The notes under the pieces were generated by a model. It had not been told where the DNA came from, did no database searches, and saw only the letters and a list, made by a program, of their open reading frames with translations. A stretch of DNA of 64,000 nucleotides from Eledone cirrhosa (Eukaryota), in NCBI GenBank assembly GCA_964016885.1, contig OZ024751.1:30442001-30506000 (forward strand). Reading direction: 5' to 3'. Both the position numbers and the translations under genes were made by a program. This document shows, piece after piece, positions 1-11,660 of this stretch. Each line of letters starts with the position of its first letter. The first letter of the stretch is position 1.

Positions 1-46
1 TTACTGCTATAATCAACCTTCTTTTCCTCACATAATTTCATACGAA

Positions 47-112
47 GGCGCATGGCGTAGTGGTTGAATCATGAGATCGTGAGTTCGATACCCAGAGCAG
101 ATGATGCGTTGT
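47..112 (+). mobile_element. tRNA-derived SINE head (truncated)
   Basis: A-box-like TGGCGTAGTGG (53-63) and B-box-like GAGTTCGATACC (81-92); no complete cloverleaf. Confidence 0.6.
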
Positions 113-402
113 ATTGAAGTATTGAAGTTTCCGTTGAAAATTGAAAAAGTCATAGAGTGAAGAGTGCTCTATATAAGTTACAGAGCTAAATTTAATGTAT
201 AATAAACAATACAATATAATTACCTCATTACCAGAGGTTTCCCGAATAAGACGAAATGTCCTCATTCGTTCGTCAGACAAGGCAATTTCAAACAGTGAAA
301 TATTTGAAAAATCACCTCAAGAAAGGCAAAAGTTTAACGGGGAAAAAAAAAAAAAAAAAAAGGTAATGCAAGATATATATATATATATATATAAATATAT
401 AT

Positions 403-660
403 AAGTTTAGGAATAACCAAAGAGTGCTTAGAAATACATTGTTTTTATTTGCTAACAGTGTTTCATCCATACCTTATGGCAGGAATCATCAAAGTTTATA
501 AACAAAAATATATTAAAGGTTGCAGGCTTCATCGTTATTCCTAAACTTGTAACGGCTCTGTAGTATACTAGTTATCCTACATTGAGCTAAAACCACACTG
601 TCATACCAAGGGCAATATATCTGCGTGTCTGTGCACATTGATATACTTGTCAACGAAACT
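403..660. mobile_element. Penelope-like terminal fragment with inverted segment, between (TA)n tracts
   Basis: Perfect 15-bp inverted repeat AAGTTTAGGAATAAC (403-417 and 534-548) enclosing a minus-strand hammerhead-like motif; (TA)n on both sides. Confidence 0.55.
451..497 (-). ncRNA. Degenerate type-I hammerhead ribozyme motif
   Basis: Minus strand reads TTGATGA-T-TCCTGCC-ATAA-GGTATGGA-T-GAAAC-ACT-GTT-AG; core C3 is mutated to U, stem II forms well. Confidence 0.5.
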
Positions 661-1267
661 ATATATATATATATAGACATATAGACATATAAAAGAATAG
701 TAATTAAACATAGACAAGGAGAGAGTTAGGAGTAGATAGGCATGTATTGCCCGTATGTATGTTTAGTTAAGGGATGGCATATTTGTTGTGTATTAGGATG
801 AAATAGATGCTTGTATTTAATAAATAACAAAATGTACCGATGTATTTCTTAAAGTTTCGAAATGGCATATCTCTATGGAAGTCTGTCCATTTTACGCTGT
901 TGTTAGTGTAACGGTTAAAGATCAAAGAAGAAATATTTAGACTCTTCGAAATAGTCAAGAATCAAGTTTCCTCGTTTCTCTCAAGCTTATAGCCAGCAAT
1001 ATTGTAGCATGACTATAATCGTCACGGTTCTAAGGTGTTTAAGAACTAAGCAAACACGAAACTGAAAAGAACGCTAAGAAAACTGTCATCTTATATCATA
1101 CGACTCTGGTGCACTCACACGTTTTAGCCAGCGTGAGAATTTTCAGGATATGTAAAAGAGATCTTTACTTGGCGATATTCGTCAATATCTATCTATCTAG
1201 CTCACTATATGTCTTTCTTTCTATCTATCTATCTATCTATCTAACCAGCTATCTAGCTGTCTGTCAG

Positions 1268-1277
1268 TAGGTTTGTC

Positions 1278-1310
<33 letters not shown>

Positions 1311-1316
1311 GTGTGA

Positions 1317-1368
<52 letters not shown>

Positions 1369-1452
1369 ATTTATGTAGATATGTATGTATATATATATGT
1401 ATGTATATATATACATATATATGTGTGTGTGTGTGAATGTGTGTGTGTGTGA

Positions 1453-1500
<48 letters not shown>

Positions 1501-1531
1501 GTATGTATATATATATATATATATATATATA
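1268..1531. repeat. (TG)n/(TA)n compound microsatellite
   Basis: Direct reading. Confidence 0.95.
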
Positions 1532-1532
1532 C

Positions 1533-1735
1533 AACCTATCGCATGGTCGGGTCGTCGGCGACTAAACCGGCAACCCTACCAAGTTGACTTGGTGGGGAGG
1601 GTGATTTTGGACACCCTGCAGGACAAAAAACAAAGCCTGACAAAGGGCGGAAGAACTCATAAGAGTCAACGGCCATCCGAAAGTGTGTAAATGGGAGTGA
1701 AGGACCCCTACCTTTTGTCAGGGCATTCATCTCAA
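1533..1735 (+). mobile_element. Solo 5' region of an RTE-derived element, homologous to the 5' part of the 608-bp units
   Basis: Shares CATGGTCGGGTCG..GGCGACTAAAC.GGCAACCC.ACCAAG..CTTGGTG.GGAGGGTGA.TTTGGACA.CCTGCAGGAC with 11713-11795. Confidence 0.7.
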
Positions 1736-2461
1736 TTATACATACATACATACATACATACAGTACAATACAATACAGTACAGTACAGTATAGTACAGTA
1801 CAGTACAGTACAGAGCATTGAAATATTCTCACTTAAGGCAGTCGACCAACCGACCTACAATCAACATCGACAACAGCAACCCCCAATACAACATGCAAAT
1901 ACTTTAATAAGATTCCGAAATATATATACACTATATTTGTCATTTTTTCTTTTTAAATACATTTTTATTCCATTCCAGTATATTAATTACTCCCCACATC
2001 CTTTCTTTCTTAAAATACGTTTTTTTTATAAAAACTTTTTTTAAATTAAAATAAAAAAAATTCTTCAGACAGTGTCAAATATTTAATGTCAAAGTCTAGA
2101 AAACGTGTAAATTTTCGCTGTGTACTGGCTGGGAACTAGGATTAAATATACCACCATTAAGATTTATATTTAGGACCGTATTGCTTCTTAGTCGGATATT
2201 TTCCTAATTAAATACATGTTCTGTGTCGACCAATTATTACCAATTAGCATGGTAAACGCCACTGTCGATCTAAATCTTTTGACTAGACCTCTATTTTTAT
2301 TCCTGTTCGGTAATATTCTTCTTCGGATTTTTCGGAATATAGGACGCAACCTTATTTTAAGGAGAAAACATTTAGGAGCAGAAAAAGAAAAACGTTTAGT
2401 TTTATTTTTACAATGTGTTTCATATATTATTATTTTTCGGAGGGTACAGCGTTTTATAAAT

Positions 2462-2603
2462 CTCACTGAGGTTAGCGTTGCCTTTTATCCTTACGGGGTC
2501 GATAAGATAAAGTACTAGTAACACACTGGGGTCGATTAAATCAACCCCCCCCCCCCAAAAAAAAAAGTGCTGGCGTTCTGTCTAAATCAGAACCCATTAT
2601 TAT
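2462..2603 (+). mobile_element. Main tRNA-derived SINE, 3' half
   Basis: Core GCCTTTTATCCTTACGGGGTCGATAA..AAAGTAC and (ATT)n tail, shared with many copies in the window. Confidence 0.85.
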
Positions 2604-2609
2604 TCAATA

Positions 2610-2806
2610 AAGAAAGGATAGGGAGTGAGAGAAAGGAGGTGAGAAATAGATATAGAGGAAGAATCGACCCCAATACTTGTCTGGTACTTTTTTTTATCGA
2701 CCTTGAATAGATAAATGGCAAATTTGACCTCTGCGGGATTTGATCTCAGAGAGCCGGAACGAATATCGCAAATCATTCTAACAGACGCTCTAACGAGTCA
2801 GCCAAT
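2610..2806 (-). mobile_element. Main SINE, long-tail variant
   Basis: Same head and core on the minus strand, followed by TTCTTCCTCTATATCT-type tail. Confidence 0.8.
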
Positions 2807-3009
2807 AGAACTATTATTATCCTTTAATAATTTATGAATAGATAGGTGTTAAATTACCGTTGAAAATTTGTTATATTTGCTTAATTATGTTGGTTCATGT
2901 CACTGGAACTACTTGAGTATTATTCAAATTACTTGGGAGCTTAATAATAATCCGAGCTTAACGGTATGTCAGATGGTTTAGAGTAACACAAGTACACACA
3001 CACACATTA

Positions 3010-3280
3010 TTAATAATAATAATTGTTTCTACTTTTGGCACAAGGCCAGCAGTTACCCAGGACATTACTGGTACTTTATTTTATCGACCCCGTAAGGATG
3101 AAAGGCAAAGTTAACCTCGGCGGATTTTAACTCAGATCGTAAAGGGACGTAACTCTGCGTCAAAGCATGGCGTCCGACCCTCTACTGATACTGCCAATCC
3201 ACCGCCTTTGATGAATGATAATAATTGTATCTACTTTTGGCACAAGGCCAGCAATTTTCCCAGTGCATTACAGACCAATA

Positions 3281-3316
<36 letters not shown>

Positions 3317-3497
3317 GTTTCTTATATGGGCACACGGCCAGCAATTTTGAGGGAGGGGAAAGTCGATTAAATCGACCCTTGTGCATTACTGGTACTTTAT
3401 TTTATCGACCCCATAAGGAGGAAAAGCAAAGCTGACTTCGGCGGAATTTGAACTCTGATTGCCCCACGCTCCTAAAGACTCTGCCAATACACCTCCC
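3010..3497 (-). mobile_element. Two main SINE copies plus a tail fragment
   Basis: Core TTTTATCGACCCC.TAAGGA.GAAA.GCAAAG at ~3080 and ~3400; heads end in TGCCAAT.CACC. Confidence 0.85.
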
Positions 3498-3694
3498 TTC
3501 ATAATAATACAAATAATAATTATGAGAAGAAGATTACAAATTAATATAAAATGTCATTAATGTTTCTATTGAGCTAAGAAACAATAGATGAGGTGACGGT
3601 AGTTTGTGTGATAGATTTAGAGTGAGAGAGGAGAAAAGGGTGAGAGAGGAGGATAGGTACTATGTTTACCTTAGTACTTATCTTTTAGTTCCCA

Positions 3695-3766
<72 letters not shown>

Positions 3767-3787
3767 GCACAAATACATACAGACACA

Positions 3788-3833
<46 letters not shown>

Positions 3834-4186
3834 TATATATATATATATATATAATTCTAATCTCTATATATCTCTCATATATCCTTGTATGATATTACAC
3901 GAATACGGACACAAAGAAGTCTTAAATAAATGGTAAATACTGGCGAGAGAGAAGGGGAGAGAAAGAGAGACACAGAGAAAAAATAAGAGTCTATGAGAGG
4001 GAGTGTGAGAGAGAGAGGGGGAGCCTAGTGTCTTTTACCTGGGCATAATTGATCAACACCTGCAAATAAAAAGCGTGTTAAGCAAACAGGTAGCCAAATG
4101 GGGTGAATAACATGAATAATTCTTTGTTGTACGATCAAACGAGGATGTTAGACGTGGGTCGACGATCAAAATAAACAAGTTCCACC

Positions 4187-4451
4187 TTACATACACACAC
4201 ACATACACATACACACAGATACACACACATACACAGACAGATACACACATACTAACATACACACATGTACACAGAGATACACATACAGACATACCGACAA
4301 ACATACACACACACACTGACTTACACGAATACACATACACACATACCGACAAACATACACACACAGAGACAGAGACTGACACCCACACACACACACAGAT
4401 GCATAGCCACAGACATGCACAGATAGATACACATACACACATACCGACAAG

Positions 4452-4500
<49 letters not shown>

Positions 4501-4789
4501 ACACCCACACACAGACACATACACACACATACACACACAGTCAGACATGCTTGCCTACATACATATATACACACATACAAACGTAAACACTTACATACAT
4601 TCCTGGGTATATACATACTTACATGCATACATATATATACATGCCTATATACAAACGTATATACATGCACATGCATATATGAATGTATCCATACATGCGT
4701 GCATGCATACATATATGCATACATACATGCATATATACTTATATGCATACATTCATACATACTTACATGCATACATATATACATACATG
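4187..4789. repeat. (CA)n/(CATA)n compound microsatellite
   Basis: Direct reading. Confidence 0.9.
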
Positions 4790-5205
4790 CCTGTGATTAT
4801 TGGGGCACTGGGGTATGTTAGTAACTGCCTCAATACAAATCTTGAGAAGATGGGCTTCACAGGAACAGAAAGAACACAACTAGTTAGGAAATTACAAGTA
4901 CAATCCATTAATGGAACAGTAAAAATATGTAAAACATTCCAAAAATGTTGCATCTAATAACTGCATATACACATGTACAGATACTAAGCACATATACATC
5001 TCAAAACATACACATGCGCACATACAACTCAAAACATCCACATCCACACATACAATAACATCCATATCTACACATGCATGCAGACATGCATACATATCTA
5101 CCTAGTTGATGTTGTGTAAATTCCAATGAGAGAGTCTTGTGTCTATGTTAGAAACCTACTCTCTCTCTATTGGTAAAAATTTGTGAAATTATAAAACCAG
5201 AAGAA
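4790..5205 (+). mobile_element. 3' end of an R4/Dong-like (RLE-type) non-LTR retrotransposon
   Basis: Frame 4790-4957 gives PVIIGALGYVSNCL...LQVQSINGTVKICKTF, matching the recalled PxxxGALG...LQxxxxxGT C-terminus of R4-clade proteins; then a 3' UTR; (CATA)n on both flanks. Confidence 0.75.
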
Positions 5206-5819
5206 CATACATACAATAATACATACTTACATGCATACATACTAAAAAAATATTTTTAGATAGAGCCCTAGCCTTCACACAATTGAATACTTTCTGCAGT
5301 CTTTGTACTTTGTATCTATCCTGAAACACGAAGCAGAACATGGAATAAACAATTAGAACTAATCTTTCCCTGTCGTCACAGGCGGAAATTTCTACTAAAT
5401 TACCATTAAAGTAGACCTACATACATTGATAACATAAGATGCCATTATAACTTTATTTTAACGACATTTTTTTTTTTATTTTGCCTTTTTTTTTCTCTTC
5501 TCACTATAAATAATATCCCGCGTCCGAACTATTAATAAAGCCAAAGTGACCACGCCTATGTAGAAATCTCTCCTACGCCCAAATAAATGAACACATAGCA
5601 ATTCAATAAACCAGACCATTTATTTTTCATACAATAGCAGGTTTTCAGAAGCCTACAAAAGAAAAAGAAAATTATCCCTTCCTTTTTGATATAATCCATA
5701 CACCACCACCAACACCACCAACGCCGCCGCCACCATGTGGGCAACTGCAGTGTCCTTAAATACATATTCATGACTACGTATGTTTATATGTAGGTGTATA
5801 TATATATATATATATATAT

Positions 5820-5981
5820 AGGAAAAGAGTTAGGACCTAACGTTCGGATCTAGCTGTCGAAACGGCCGGAGCTCAGCCGTCGGGGTCCTAACTATTTTTC
5901 TATTACCCCCTCTACTACCCTAAGTATCGAGTACTCTGGTGCGTTATGGTCCACCTGGTTTCTTATCACACTTTCTTTGTT
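5820..5981 (+). mobile_element. Penelope-like tail cassette, family B, with 5' inversion
   Basis: GTCGAAACGGC..GAGCTC..GTCGGGGTC..GTATCGAGTACTCTGGTGCGTTATGGTCCACCTGG; homologues at 26743, 36635, 42375, 60351, 61134, 62126; (TA)n flanks. Confidence 0.65.
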
Positions 5982-5997
5982 ATATATATATATATAT

Positions 5998-6050
5998 GGG
6001 CTTTCCTGAAGATTTCTTTCGAATGAAACTGTTCTAGTCCTGTAAAAGCT
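5998..6050 (+). ncRNA. Type-I hammerhead, family A (degenerate stems)
   Basis: GCTTTC-CTGAAGA-TTTC-TTTC-GAAT-GAA-ACTG-TTCTAGTC-CTGT-A-AAAGC; homologous to 8410-8460. Confidence 0.6.
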
Positions 6051-6083
<33 letters not shown>

Positions 6084-6392
6084 TATTTAACGATCGTTTC
6101 TAGGACATATATGTGTTAGAATTGGCATGCATATTCAACAGATCTATGTACAAAATTATATATATATATACAAAATTTTATATATATATTTATATATATA
6201 TGGAGGAAGTTATCACGCATTCTCCCACACACTTAAACAGGCATGTACAAAAAACCCCTTTTAAAGGGAGACTACTCTTTATCCACCTAACCTTAACTCT
6301 TTGACATTAGAGATAGAACAGATACTCTATACCATTTCCTGTCAGCATGACTTGGCAAGCTATTTAGAACACTGGTTTAACCGCTTTACTTC

Positions 6393-6427
6393 CCTCCGAA
6401 GAAGAGATATTATCTCGAAAATTAAGG
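6393..6427 (+). ncRNA. Minimal hammerhead-like motif in a PLE-like tail
   Basis: CCT-CCGAAGA-A-GAGAT-ATT-ATCTC-GAAA-ATT-A-AGG: stem II GAGAT/ATCTC, stem I CCT/AGG, palindromic AATT stem III; U4 changed to C. Confidence 0.5.
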
Positions 6428-7866
6428 ACATTTAAATAAATCTAAGGTAAAAGACTAATTGTCAACAATATCTTTTGCATTTGCATTCTTTATTCTATCT
6501 CCATACCTGCATTGTTTTGGCTTTATTATACATATACAAAAGTTTATATATATATATATATGGCAAGAAAATAGTTGACCGTACTCGTAAGTTCACACAG
6601 ACGAGTGAAGTTCACGAGTAGTAGTTTACGGTCGAATATTTTCTTCCTAAATGTACCAACTCTGCATCCGATTATACATCGGGTGCTACTTTGATTAGTG
6701 GTCTTTTTCCATCGGGAGTTACGGGACCATACGTACAATCGCTGTGTCATTGTTTTATCTATTTGTTAGTTTTGTGGAGATATCAGTACGACATATTATG
6801 CACTTCTCATGTTATCTATATTTCAGGTGGCAGAGCTTCATATTTCTGTAATTGTATCATATGCCAACACGTCTAACTTTAGGTTTGGTTGCAATACATT
6901 TTCTATTGTGTCTGCCTATATATATTGTATTTGTAGAGCTACAGATTTCTCACTGTGTTTGTTTTTACAAGTTGTAGCATACTCCGTTCTCCTTCCAAGA
7001 ATTCTTCGATAGAATTGTGGTGAATATTTCCGGGATATGAAGTTAAAACCATGTCTCTCGATTTTTTTATTTTATTATTTGTTAGGTATGGCTTGCATTT
7101 CGTTATCATCTATTTTGTTTGGTCAATGGGTGTTTTTAGCTAAAGTTTCGGGGATGGAATTGGAAAATGGCATATGGAATAGTTCTGTTGTATTCTTTAC
7201 TCTGTGTGTACATGCGTTTATGTATCATGTTAGTGTAATGATTGTTGTCTTAAGAAATGATATTCGTGAATGAGAGGAAAATATAATTTCACATTTTTTC
7301 TGCCTTTACCTCCTCGCTTTCTCTTTCACTCTGTTCCTCTGTTTTTATCACAGAGTTTGACTTTCTGTCTCAATAACTTCCTCTGAAACTTGTTAATTGA
7401 AGCTCTTATTCCATTCCTACTTGTCAAAACACGTGTTATTCATCCTGGGTAGCCATTTGAAAATAAAAGTGTCGTTCAGTCTACAGTAGAAATAGCTTCC
7501 CACCGCCATCCTCATTCAGTTCTCACTAGTAACAATATTCTTATCCATACGTATTTAATATCCATCAGAGCGGTATCAGCCTCACGCAGCATTGTTTTCC
7601 TTTCATTATAAATACGTTATCTTATATCTATATAAGCTATCAATATCTATGATTAGTGAAGGTGGGGTGATCAAAACGATAGGGTGTCGTGTATCAGTAG
7701 CACTGTGTAATACCTGAAATTGAGGCACTTAATCATTCTGTAGCACAGACAACCTAACTATGAATAGGTACAGTAGAGTAGTAACATCATAGCGATGCAA
7801 TATCCACCCGTCGCCAAGGAAATGGGGTAGAGAGGCGCGGGGGCAGAAAAAGGAGGTCGCTTAAAG

Positions 7867-8092
7867 TCACTGTCCCCTACTTTTCAATGGTACACCCCAA
7901 TTTTAGAAAGCCTATTTTATAAATTAAAATGTCCTAAAATACATTCAAGGAAATCAAGTAGAGATGAGGGAGAATAAGTGTGTGTGTGTGTGTGGGGGTG
8001 GGGGTGTCACTGAATGTCATTGTCCCCAACTTTCAATGGTATACCCCCAGATCTAGAAAGCCGGGTTTATATAATAAAATATCCTAAAATAC
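7867..8092 (+). repeat. Diverged ~76-bp direct duplication
   Basis: GTCA.TGTCCCC.ACTTT.CAATGGTA.ACCCC..TAGAAAGCC..CCTAAAATAC at 7867-7942 and 8016-8092. Confidence 0.8.
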
Positions 8093-8282
8093 GTTGTTTT
8101 ATCTAATTAATATGCCCAAACAGAATATCCTGAAGCTCGCCTGAGCACCAAAGCTTAGAGACGGGTCTGGATGTAATACAAGTTCACATATTCCCGTATG
8201 TGTGTGTCCAACTTGGAGATGATAAATGGGATCAACCAAATTGTGTTGTCCCAGATATATTTCGTGAAGCTTTCAAAGATAC

Positions 8283-8478
8283 AGTTTATCCCGGTTCAAT
8301 CGGGGGTAACCACAGTAAGTAAGGTACTCAATACATACCAGAGTATAAATATTTAATATAGAAATGGTTTCTACGGGACTAGAATTGTTTCATTCGGGAG
8401 AAATCATCAGGCTTCCTGATGATTTCTCCCCAATGAAACAGTGCTAGTCCTGTAGAAGCCATTTCTATATTAAATATA
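8283..8478. mobile_element. Penelope-like tail, family A, with fold-back inversion
   Basis: 8283-8410 aligns with 60920-61050; arms ~8348-8410 and 8416-8477 are reverse complements. Confidence 0.7.
8410..8460 (+). ncRNA. Type-I hammerhead ribozyme (intact core)
   Basis: Stem I GGCTTC/GAAGCC, CTGATGA, weak stem II, GAA, stem III ACAG/CTGT, predicted cleavage GUA^ after 8454. Confidence 0.75.
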
Positions 8479-8664
8479 TATATAAGATCAATAAAATAAA
8501 GTACCAGTAACACACTGTGGCCAATATAATCAACTGACCCTTTCCATTCAAATTGCTGGCCTTGTGCCAAACTTAGAAACAATTATTTTCTCTGATATTT
8601 GTTAATCATGTTGTCATGGTTAAATCATTATCATTATCACAATCATCATCATAATCATCATCAG

Positions 8665-9041
8665 CAGCAGTAATAGTAGTAGTTGTGTTGCTGGTGGTGG
8701 CATTGGTGGTATTAGTAGTGGTAGTAGTTGTGGTGGTGGTGGTAGTGGTAGTAGTAGTGATGGTGGTGGTAGTAATAGTAATGGTGGTGGTGGTAGTAAT
8801 AGTAGTTGTGGTAGTGGTGGGAGTGGTGATGGGAGTAGTAGTTGTGGTGGTGGTAGCAGTAGTAGTGGTTGTGGTGGTAATAGTTGTGGTAGTGGTTGTA
8901 GTAGTAGTAGTGGTAGTGGGGGTAGCAGTAGTAGTAATAATGTTGGTGGTGGTAGCAATAGTAGTTGTGGTAGAGGTAAGAGTGGTGGTGGTGGTGGTGG
9001 TGGTGGTAGTAGTAGTAGTAGTCGTGGTAGTAGTAGTGGTA
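8665..9041. repeat. (GGT)n/(AGT)n low-complexity tract
   Basis: Direct reading. Confidence 0.9.
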
Positions 9042-9137
9042 GATCGAAATTATTCTGTGGCGATAACATTTTTCACCTCAACGAGAGCGAAATATGGCAG
9101 TTGGCGCCACTGACCATTATTTCATCGTTACTCGAAA

Positions 9138-9715
<578 letters not shown>

Positions 9716-10094
9716 GGCGAACAGATCGACTGTATTTTGGCCTCTAATCCAACACGTAGCCAGACATTTGCGTTTATTTAAACACGAACTGAAGTTGCCT
9801 TCTTGCATTTAACTGCAGAAACAGCTGCAAACAAGAAAAACAAAAAGAGCAGAAGGGAACTAATAGGGAAGCCTCTACATGGCTGCTCGTTCTGCTAGAA
9901 ATAAGAGTAAAATCTCCCTCATTTCACATTGTATATGTATGTTTGTACGTATGTATGTGTGCATGTATGTATTTATTTATGCATGCGTATGTATGTCTAT
10001 TTATATATATATATATATATATAATGTGTGTGTGTGTACGTAAAACATATGAAAGGACGTGTTAGTTTGTGTGTTCTGAGATACAGTCTTCTAC

Positions 10095-10727
10095 ATCGTC
10101 TGCAATATCTTGTCGTCAATGAGATACAGTACTCATCCCCTCCCTCCTCTTCATCCTCCTCCTTCTCCGCCTCATCATTATCATTTTCATCGTCATCCTC
10201 AACAGCCTCCACACCTCCATTATCGTCAACAATATTTTCTACCGTCAATGAGATACAATCAACCATTTATCCTCCATTTTCGTCTGCAACAGGTTCTGCC
10301 GTCGATGATATGAAGCCCTCAATACCCCTCCATTATCTTCTGCAATAATTTCTGCCGTCAATGTGATGCAGTCCTACCCCACCCCTTCTCATTCTCCACA
10401 CCTCCATTATCGTCTGCAACGTTTTCTTTTGTCAATGAATTGCAGACTTCATTGACGGCAAAAAAAAAAACGTTGCAGCATCATCATAATCATAATCATA
10501 CTAATTATCAACATCATCATCATCCTCATGCTCCATTATCGTCTGCAATATTTTCTGCCGTCAATGAGATGCAGTCTTCCTTTCCCTCCTCCTCCTCCTC
10601 ATCATCATCATCATCATCTATTATCGTCTGCAATATTTTCTGCCGTCAATGAGATGCAGTCCTCCACACCTCATCCTCATCCTCCATTATCGTCTGCAAC
10701 GTTTTCTACTGTCAATGAGATACAGTC
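10095..10727 (+). repeat. Array of ~8 copies of a ~46-bp motif with variable low-complexity spacers
   Basis: CTCCATTATCGTCTGCAATATTTTCTGCCGTCAATGAGATGCAGTC-like units near 10095, 10216, 10272, 10328, 10402, 10531, 10618, 10682. Confidence 0.85.
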
Positions 10728-11266
10728 TTTCACTCACTGTTTCTTCCAATTACTATTTCCATATACTCACAAACCTCTTCTACTCCCACCTTTTTGTCTT
10801 CGCTAGACTTTATGTCAAGCATACTTTTACGAAAACATTTCATCAATTCGTTCTTCCTATTTTGTTTATTCTCTTTTATACAGTTGTTAGTAGATGTTGC
10901 TTATATTATTATTACTATTTTTCTTTTGCCGTTGTTGCTATGTTACTTTAAATTTTTTAACATCGCCATCTATTTTAGTGCCCAGCTTCTCTTCCATCTA
11001 TATCCATCATATTGCGCCCACTATTTATGTCACTTTTGCTTCCTTCCCTAACCTAATCAGTAACGATGATCTCGAAACTTCTGAAAAAAAAAAAAAAGCA
11101 AAACGCGATCTTCCTTTAAAACACGTTCTTGTCTTAACATCCAACCTCCACATAAACAAAACACATTAACCAGTCTAAATAAACGTAAACTAAAGTAATT
11201 CTTTCTTTCTTTTCATTTTTTTTTCACACTTCGATCACGGGTGAACTGTTACATTTTTACAAACCC

Positions 11267-11348
<82 letters not shown>

Positions 11349-11426
11349 CTATCTATCTATTTATCTAGCTATCTCTATGTATTAAATAGTACTTCAATAG
11401 TACTTCTATTAACGTTCTGTTTCTAT

Positions 11427-11615
11427 AGCGACGGTAAATTGACAAAGTCGGTAGAGCATCGGAGAAATGCTTCGTGGTATTTATTCTGGCTGACTTACGT
11501 TCTGAGTTCAAATCCTGGCGTTATAAAATTTGCTTTCATCCTTCTGAGGTGGATAAAAGAAAGTACCAGTCATTTACTGTGGTCGATGTCACCGACTTTT
11601 CCTTCGCCCACAAAT
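11427..11615 (+). mobile_element. Main SINE
   Basis: B-box GAGTTCAAATCC and core GCTTTCATCCTTCTGAGGTGGATAAA. Confidence 0.8.
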
Positions 11616-11660
11616 TGTTGTATGTATGTATGTATGTATGTATGTATGTATGTATGTATG

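Noticed and set aside
47-112. tRNA gene
   Set aside because: A and B boxes are present but no cloverleaf forms; best read as a SINE head.
8620-9113. Pro/Leu- and Val-rich ORFs
   Set aside because: Triplet low-complexity DNA.
10095-10727. CRISPR array
   Set aside because: Spacers are low-complexity and vary widely in length; repeats are diverged.
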